In this document: positions 25,798-31,356 of the stretch, piece by piece | Layout: each line of letters starts with the position of its first letter | Numbering within the stretch: position 1 is the stretch's first letter | Source of the DNA: Saprospirales bacterium | GTDB taxonomy: Bacteria; Bacteroidota; Bacteroidia; Chitinophagales; Saprospiraceae | Direction: 5' to 3' | Length of the DNA stretch: 31,356 bases | NCBI GenBank assembly: GCA_031414895.1 | Contig: JANOQP010001022.1 | Coordinates: forward strand, 1-31,356 | Position numbers and translations under genes: made by a program | The notes under the pieces: generated by a model | Database searches by the model: none | Seen by the model: only the letters and a program-made list of their open reading frames with translations | What the model was told of the DNA's origin: nothing

Positions 25798-27300
25798 ATG
25801 AAAAACATCATTTCGCTCAAAGCCGTGGACGGCAGCGCGGTCGAATTTGTGGACGAGATCATTGGCTCTGGGGCGATGAAGGACGTTTATTTCAGCCCCG
25901 ACCGGAGCTATGTCGTCGCCTTTTTTCGGGAAAAACAGGATTATCAGGCCAAAGACCGCCTATCGAACATCGTCGGGACCTACCGCGACCGGATTTTCAA
26001 CCAAGCGGGCGGCGATTATTGGAAGGACAAATTTTGTTGGCCGACCAAAATGGTGGAATGGAACGGTAAATTGGGGCTGGTCGCGCCGGTATATTCCGGG
26101 CATTTTTTCTTCAAGTACGGCTCGAAGAACAACGACTTTTTGGGCATCAAGGGCAAGGAAAAAGAGGGCAAATGGTTTGCGAGCGCGAACCACCAAAACC
26201 GCTCGCTCGACCCCCGCGAGCGCGGCAATTGGATGAACTACTTTCGGATCTGCATCCTTTTGAGCCGCACGGTCCGCCGGATGCACATGGCCGGGCTGGC
26301 GCATTCAGACCTTTCTTACAAAAACGTTTTGGTCGACCCGGTATCTGGTGGCGCGGCCATTATCGACATAGATGGGCTGGTCGTGCCGTCAAAATACCCG
26401 CCCGATGTGATCGGCACACCGGATTTTATCGCGCCAGAAGTGATGGCAACCATCCACCTAAAAAAGGACGATAGCGGGCGTTTTTTGCCGAGCCGCTACA
26501 CGGACCTGCACGCCCTGGCGGTGTTGATCTATATGTACCTGCTCTATCGGCACCCGCTGCGGGGCGGCAAAATCTGGGACCAGGACGCTCAAAAGGACGA
26601 AGAATTGAGCATGGGCAGGAACGCACTTTTCGTGGAACACCCGACGAACCTGGCCAACCGCCCAAAACTCGCGGACATCAGGCCAAGCTATTTGCCGTGG
26701 GCCGACGTGAAAAAAATTCCGTACTCGGTCACCGGGCCGTACTTGAAGGCATTGTTCGACCAAGCTTTCATCGATGGGCTGCACAGCCGTGAGAAACGCC
26801 CCTCGGCGGACGATTGGGAGCAGGCACTGGTCAAAACAACTGACCTGATGCAGCCTTGCCAAAACGTGGACTGCGAACAAAAATGGTTTGTTTTCGACAA
26901 TTCGACGACACCACGCTGCCCGTTTTGCGGGACGGCATTCAAAGGGGCGCTGCCGATGTTGAACCTTTATTCGGCCCGGAAACCGGGAGATTACAAGTCG
27001 GACAACCACCGTTTGATGGTCTATACAAACCAGTACCTGTACCAATGGCACGTCAATAACCGCCTTTCGCCGAACGAAAAAGTAACCGAGGCAGACAAAA
27101 AACCGGTCGGCTATTTTGTTTTTCACCAAAACAAATGGGTATTGGTCAACCAGACCTTGGCCGATCTGGCCGATGCGACCGAAACGCCCGCTGTTCCGAT
27201 TGCCATCGGGCAAATGCTCGAACTGCGCGACGGCCAAAAAATCCTGCTCTCAAAACAAGAGGGCGGTCGCTTGGCGGTCGTCCAAATGGTCAATAAATAA
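25798..27300 (+). CDS. Ser/Thr protein kinase of the TerY-P triad with Zn ribbon and FHA-like C-terminus
   Basis: 500 aa from ATG 25798. IGSGAMKDVY, HSDLSYKNVL, IIDIDG, GTPDFIAPE, CQNVDC...CPFCG, and a beta-rich C-terminus ending LELRDGQKILL. Confidence 0.88.
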   Translation: MKNIISLKAVDGSAVEFVDEIIGSGAMKDVYFSPDRSYVVAFFREKQDYQAKDRLSNIVGTYRDRIFNQAGGDYWKDKFCWPTKMVEWNGKLGLVAPVYSGHFFFKYGSKNNDFLGIKGKEKEGKWFASANHQNRSLDPRERGNWMNYFRICILLSRTVRRMHMAGLAHSDLSYKNVLVDPVSGGAAIIDIDGLVVPSKYPPDVIGTPDFIAPEVMATIHLKKDDSGRFLPSRYTDLHALAVLIYMYLLYRHPLRGGKIWDQDAQKDEELSMGRNALFVEHPTNLANRPKLADIRPSYLPWADVKKIPYSVTGPYLKALFDQAFIDGLHSREKRPSADDWEQALVKTTDLMQPCQNVDCEQKWFVFDNSTTPRCPFCGTAFKGALPMLNLYSARKPGDYKSDNHRLMVYTNQYLYQWHVNNRLSPNEKVTEADKKPVGYFVFHQNKWVLVNQTLADLADATETPAVPIAIGQMLELRDGQKILLSKQEGGRLAVVQMVNK

Positions 27301-27351
27301 CCCAACCGGTTGCCGGTCGGTATTGCTTTACGCTCACAAAACTGAACCAAC

Positions 27352-28134
27352 ATGGATTTTTTGCACCAAATATTCGGCCCCGACCTGCAAGCGGCGGCGG
27401 TCATCATTTTCAACCTCATCATCATCGAAAGCCTGTTGTCGGTGGACAATGCGGCGGTCTTGGCGACGATGGTCATGGACTTGCCCAAGGAACAGCGCGG
27501 GAAAGCCCTCAAATATGGCATCCTTGGTGCGTACTTTTTTCGTGGCCTCTGCCTTGTGCTCGCCGCTTATATCATTCAGATTTGGTGGTTAAAACCGCTC
27601 GGCGGGCTTTATCTGCTCTGGTTGGCGTATGATTATTTTCGCACAAAGGCCACGCCCGATGAAAGTGACGACACGCTCAACAAGTCCGAAAACCGGATCT
27701 ATAAATACACGCTCGGTCTGCTCGGCACCTTTTGGGCGACGGTCGTGCTGGTAGAGGTGATGGACCTGGCCTTTTCGATTGACAATGTTTTGGCCGTCGT
27801 TGCCTATACCGAGAACATCTGGATGATCTGTATCGGCGTGTTTATCGGCATCCTCTCGATGCGGTTTGTGGCGACGAGCTTTGTGAAATTGATGGAAAAA
27901 TTCCCGTTCCTGGAAACGTCTGCATTTATCGTCATCGCGGTCTTGGGGCTGAAACTGGCGCTTTCGCTGTACACTCACTACCGCCCAGATGATGCTTTTT
28001 CGCAAGTACTTGAAGGCCATGAAAATGACAAATATCTCTCAATCTTTACCTGCGCCATCTTTTTCGTGCCGGTCTTGACATCGATTTTTTTCAATTTTCC
28101 TAAAAGGGCAACAGTGGGGGAGGAGAAGGAATGA
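27352..28134 (+). CDS. terC: TerC family integral membrane protein
   Basis: 260 aa. IESLLSVDNAAVL, KALKYGILGAYFFRG, MDLAFSIDNVLAVVA and KFPFLETSAF. Confidence 0.92.
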   Translation: MDFLHQIFGPDLQAAAVIIFNLIIIESLLSVDNAAVLATMVMDLPKEQRGKALKYGILGAYFFRGLCLVLAAYIIQIWWLKPLGGLYLLWLAYDYFRTKATPDESDDTLNKSENRIYKYTLGLLGTFWATVVLVEVMDLAFSIDNVLAVVAYTENIWMICIGVFIGILSMRFVATSFVKLMEKFPFLETSAFIVIAVLGLKLALSLYTHYRPDDAFSQVLEGHENDKYLSIFTCAIFFVPVLTSIFFNFPKRATVGEEKE

Positions 28135-28187
28135 TGGCTGCAATTGCCGAAGAAACCTTTGTTTGAAATTAACCATACCCAATCGTT

Positions 28188-28637
28188 ATGACCACAAACG
28201 GATCGAACCTAAAGGACTGGGTAATTCCAGCAATTGCAATATTGGCTTTCATCAGCTTTTTTCTGGATTGGATAAGCGTCCATGCCCTGTTTGGCATAAT
28301 CGGCAACACGTATTCTGGGCTCGACATCCTGCAAAAGGGCATGGATTCGCAGTTCAATATCAGCCCGGTCAGCATGGTTGCGGTCGTCGGTTTCCCTATT
28401 TCAGCTATCGCCGTCCTGTTGTTCTTCTTCAATAAGCGCATGGTAGAAATGGTTGTTTCGATGGGCGTTTCTTTGCTTTTTGCGCTTTGGTTATTGGTTC
28501 GCGCGCGCCCGGAGGTCCGGGCGAATACCGAGGGGCTTTTCAAGTTCAACTACGAGACCGGGTTTATACTGATGGAGCTGTGTGCGCTTGCTTTTGCCAT
28601 TTTGCTCATCATGAAATTATCAAAACGGGGGGAGTGA
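28188..28637 (+). CDS. Hypothetical multi-pass membrane protein
   Basis: 149 aa with about four hydrophobic segments. Last gene of the + strand run. Confidence 0.6.
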   Translation: MTTNGSNLKDWVIPAIAILAFISFFLDWISVHALFGIIGNTYSGLDILQKGMDSQFNISPVSMVAVVGFPISAIAVLLFFFNKRMVEMVVSMGVSLLFALWLLVRARPEVRANTEGLFKFNYETGFILMELCALAFAILLIMKLSKRGE

Positions 28638-28670
28638 TGAGTACAAAACGGGTTTGAGATGGCGCAGTTT

Positions 28671-29261
28671 TTATTCAAACGAAATCTCCTGCCGCTTATA
28701 ATCAATCGAAATCTTCCCAAACTGGGCAAGTGCCGATTGGCCGAGGAGCAGCGGCGCAATGGCATTGTTCACTACGGATGCCTCGACGTTTTGTAGTTCG
28801 CGGTCGCCAATCTGAACGCTCCGCAGACGAATGACCATGCCGACCGAAATATCGCCGTTGGCATCCGAAAACTGCCGCTCGCCGAGGATGTCCGATTCGT
28901 CAATCTTACCTTGTCGTCTCATCGTAGCGGCCTCCACCTGAGAAATGGAAATGGACGACGCACCCGTATCGATGATGAAATTGAGTTCGAGGCCATTGAT
29001 CTTGACGGGTATTTCATAGACGCCGCTGCGCTTGGTCATGCGGACGACCGTTTTTTTGCCGGTCGAGCGGAGGGTGGGTTCTGTGCGCTCTGGCCGGGTT
29101 GTTTCGATTTCCGGCCGGTCGCGGGCTGTTGAAGTGCGGCTTTCCCTCTTGGCCTGTTGGCTGCGTTCGTTGCCGGAGCGGGAACAGTTGGAGCAGCTTT
29201 CGAGGCCAAAAACGGCAACCGCCGCGAGGGCCAAAATGAGGTAAAATATCCGTATTTTCAT
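28671..29261 (-). CDS. Retropepsin-like (clan AA) aspartic protease with N-terminal signal/possible lipoprotein anchor
   Basis: 196 aa. Hydrophobic N-terminus ending ...VFGLESC, a low-complexity linker, then GVYEIPVKING..FIIDTGASSISIS...FSDANG...LLGQSALAQFG. Confidence 0.88.
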   Translation of the reverse strand: MKIRIFYLILALAAVAVFGLESCSNCSRSGNERSQQAKRESRTSTARDRPEIETTRPERTEPTLRSTGKKTVVRMTKRSGVYEIPVKINGLELNFIIDTGASSISISQVEAATMRRQGKIDESDILGERQFSDANGDISVGMVIRLRSVQIGDRELQNVEASVVNNAIAPLLLGQSALAQFGKISIDYKRQEISFE

Positions 29262-29263
29262 GG

Positions 29264-29896
29264 TTATTTGTCTGATTGCCAGATTTTTGGTATGATTTGA
29301 ACAAGGACGCGCTGGTTTTTTTCCTCGCCATTAGTCTCTCGCCCGACCCCGCCAAAACCGCTGCCCGAAATCAGCACCTCGCAAATGGCCGGGTCAAAGC
29401 GGATGCCATTGCGCTTCCAAAGGTCGTACACGGCGCGGGCTCGGTTGTAGCTCAGCTCATAGTTTTTATCGGGGTCTGAATTGTCCTTGGAGGCCATGCC
29501 TTCGAGTATGATGAGGTAGCGGGCGTCCTTGTCCCGGACGCGGGCCGTGTCGATGAGGCGTTTGATGTCCCACCCGGCCCCGCTCAAAAATTGGATATCG
29601 TTTGTGTTCAGGATGGCCGATTGGGCGACCTGAAACTGTATTTTTTGGGTCATGCCGAGCCGTTTATAGGTCGAGTCCCAAGAAAAATGGTTGTGGCGGG
29701 TGAGGTACTTGACCTCGTTTTCAACGGCCTGTATCCGATCGTACAATTTTGCCTTTATCTCAAACTGCCTTTGTTCGGCCCGCATTTGCAGGAAAGTGAG
29801 GACATAGAGCACGAGCATGATGAAGAAAAGGGTGGTCATCAGGTCGGCATAGCTGGGCCAAAAATGGTTTTGGGCGGCGTGTTTTTTTTTGGACAT
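29264..29896 (-). CDS. ZorB/MotB-like protein (single TM + OmpA-like periplasmic domain)
   Basis: 210 aa from ATG 29896 (alternative 29929). TM motif FWPSYADLMTTLFFIMLVL with the conserved Asp. ILEGMAS...NYELSYNRARAV...SGSG...NQRV. Confidence 0.82.
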   Translation of the reverse strand: MSKKKHAAQNHFWPSYADLMTTLFFIMLVLYVLTFLQMRAEQRQFEIKAKLYDRIQAVENEVKYLTRHNHFSWDSTYKRLGMTQKIQFQVAQSAILNTNDIQFLSGAGWDIKRLIDTARVRDKDARYLIILEGMASKDNSDPDKNYELSYNRARAVYDLWKRNGIRFDPAICEVLISGSGFGGVGRETNGEEKNQRVLVQIIPKIWQSDK

Positions 29897-29900
29897 GGTT

Positions 29901-31298
29901 TCAGGCGGTTGGTTTTGCTCTTGGTCCAAAAATGCCTGCCCGGATTTTTTTGACCCCGATTAGGAGGTAATCAAAAGGCGTTTTATGCTCCGCGATTCGC
30001 GCCAAAAGTGCCGTTTGTGCCGCCGAATGGTCGTTGGCCGCCGCCAATGCCCCCCGTATTTGGTTGATGTCCCGGGTTTGTGCGCTTGTTTCGGCGGCGA
30101 GTTTTTCCAGGTGGTTCAGCTTTTGGAGGATGCCCCGGTTTTCGTTCACGGCGCGCGAAAGCTCCATTTCCGAATTGGCGATGAAGCCTTTATAGCTGTC
30201 CATTTGGTCTGTCGAGTTCTTTTGGAAGACCGCGAGCGAGGTGTGCAGCACCTTGTCGACACCGCCGATGGCATCGCCCATGCCGCGCTGATAGTCTTGG
30301 ATGGTCTGAAAGCCGCCTGCCAATAAATTGATAAGGTTTTGATGGTTGTCGAGGTTTGAAGAAACCCGCTCGGCGATGGTCTCGACTGCCGATGTCTGTT
30401 GCAAAAGCCCCCGCACTTCGCCAATAAGTTGCTGGTTGGACTGGTTGAACTCGCCGAGCTGCGCCAAATATTTGTTGAACTGTTCAAGATGGCCGACCGT
30501 CTCCCGTAGTTCGGCCATTGTGTAGCGGTTGAAGCCGGCGATTTTGGTGAGATCGTCGACCTTGATGTTTTCCAAGATTTGACCGTGCATCTCGACGGCC
30601 TTGCTGCTCGTCTTGATGACGTGGTTGAGCGACTGGATATTCTCCGAAAAATCGTTGTTGAACTGCCGAAAATTGCCCTGAAACTGCCGCAGGGTTTCGA
30701 GCAGCCCATCCGTCAAAGTGGGTACAAGCTCCGTTTGGAGGAATGCAAAAAAGGTGTTTTTGCCGCGTTCCACCTCGATTTTGGCCGATTTGAACAAAAA
30801 ACCGGAATGGGCAGTCGTGAAGAGCAGCCCAAAAAGGCTGGCCAACATCGCGATTTTTACACCGCCAAGTAGTACGGAGATGCCTGAGCCGAGAACAGCG
30901 GCGGTGTTGCCGTTGGCGTCGAGCGCGTCCATGTTCCAGACGCCAATGATCACGCCGAGCATGGTGCCGATCAGCCCCAAATAGAGCGGGATCGGGATGG
31001 CGACCGAGATTTCCTCTTCGAGCGAATCGAGCGGGCCTTGGACGAGGTTTTGCATCAATTGGTACTCCGGCACTGCCCCCCGGCTCCTGTCCAAATAGCG
31101 GTTGAGCCAATAGAGCGCGTGGTCGAAATCCGTTGAAATCGCGGCGGCCTCGGTGAAAACCTGGCCGTCGTTTATGCCAAAATTAGAAAGGGTAGGCGGA
31201 AAAAAGGCTTTGTACCGATTGATTTTGCGCCAAGTCTGCGCAAAAAGCCAAGCCTGAACGGCAATAATGCCGATAATGATGATTGTTTCGAGGTGCAT
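29901..31298 (-). CDS. ZorA/MotA-like membrane protein with long C-terminal helical tail
   Basis: 465 aa. TM1 at the N-terminus, then MotA/TolQ/ExbB-type PLYLGLIGTMLGVIIG and GGVKIAMLASLFGL. About 295 residues of Q/N/E-rich helical tail follow. Its stop is 4 bp from the MotB-like start. Confidence 0.75.
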   Translation of the reverse strand: MHLETIIIIGIIAVQAWLFAQTWRKINRYKAFFPPTLSNFGINDGQVFTEAAAISTDFDHALYWLNRYLDRSRGAVPEYQLMQNLVQGPLDSLEEEISVAIPIPLYLGLIGTMLGVIIGVWNMDALDANGNTAAVLGSGISVLLGGVKIAMLASLFGLLFTTAHSGFLFKSAKIEVERGKNTFFAFLQTELVPTLTDGLLETLRQFQGNFRQFNNDFSENIQSLNHVIKTSSKAVEMHGQILENIKVDDLTKIAGFNRYTMAELRETVGHLEQFNKYLAQLGEFNQSNQQLIGEVRGLLQQTSAVETIAERVSSNLDNHQNLINLLAGGFQTIQDYQRGMGDAIGGVDKVLHTSLAVFQKNSTDQMDSYKGFIANSEMELSRAVNENRGILQKLNHLEKLAAETSAQTRDINQIRGALAAANDHSAAQTALLARIAEHKTPFDYLLIGVKKIRAGIFGPRAKPTA

Positions 31299-31356
31299 AC
31301 TTGCGAAGTTTGGTAAAGCGGCGAACGGCCGAACGGGCAGCGGTCGGGCAGTTGGG

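Noticed and set aside
27302-27320. Hairpin CCAACCGG-TTG-CCGGTCGG as a terminator between kinase and terC
   Set aside because: It has one mismatch, a 3-nt loop and no U-tract. The evidence is insufficient, although it could be an mRNA stability element.
35-31110. Numerous 60-260 aa antisense or alternative-frame ORFs in the track
   Set aside because: They overlap well-supported genes, have no recognisable motifs and are expected shadows in GC-rich coding DNA.
29264-31298. Flagellar stator motAB or ExbBD/TolQR
   Set aside because: There are no flagellar, tonB or tol genes nearby. The A subunit has a long C-terminal tail and the B subunit has an OmpA-like rather than ExbD domain. ZorAB-like fits better, though this is unproven.
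1-31356. Transposases, integrases, rRNA/tRNA genes
   Set aside because: I saw no DDE, tyrosine or serine recombinase motifs, terminal inverted repeats or structural RNA signatures. The pRiA4b ORF-3-like fragment alone does not support an IS call.

Overview
This window looks like part of a Bacteroidota-type plasmid or secondary replicon, with a central backbone flanked by defence and stress modules. The host assignment is inferred from A-rich leaders without Shine-Dalgarno motifs and from TAnnTTTG promoter boxes. Backbone (13.6-18.1 kb): ParA plus a small RHH partner with TACTTA centromere-like repeats, a Bro-N protein, an iteron origin with 22-bp periodicity and a Rep_3 initiator. Left arm (1-12.8 kb): a DNA phosphorothioation island. 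On the + strand it carries sspC-like and sspD-like genes with a DUF4240/URI-nuclease pair inserted between them, two broken genes and an AAA-DUF4143 gene. Converging on these from the - strand is a four-gene PLD-helicase / small protein / SMC-Rad50 ATPase / DndE-like module resembling PbeABCD. That module is damaged: its zinc hook is frameshifted and the helicase N-terminus appears lost. Right arm (18.2-31.3 kb): a Ter operon (3x TerD, 3x TerY vWA, HAD, PRTase, PP2C, Ser/Thr kinase, TerC, membrane protein) converging on a tight ZorA/ZorB-like (MotA/MotB) pair, with a retropepsin-like protease in the usual effector position. The best candidates for undescribed systems are the ZorAB-protease operon and the Ssp + Pbe-like pairing. 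All family calls come from motif recognition; no database search was run.
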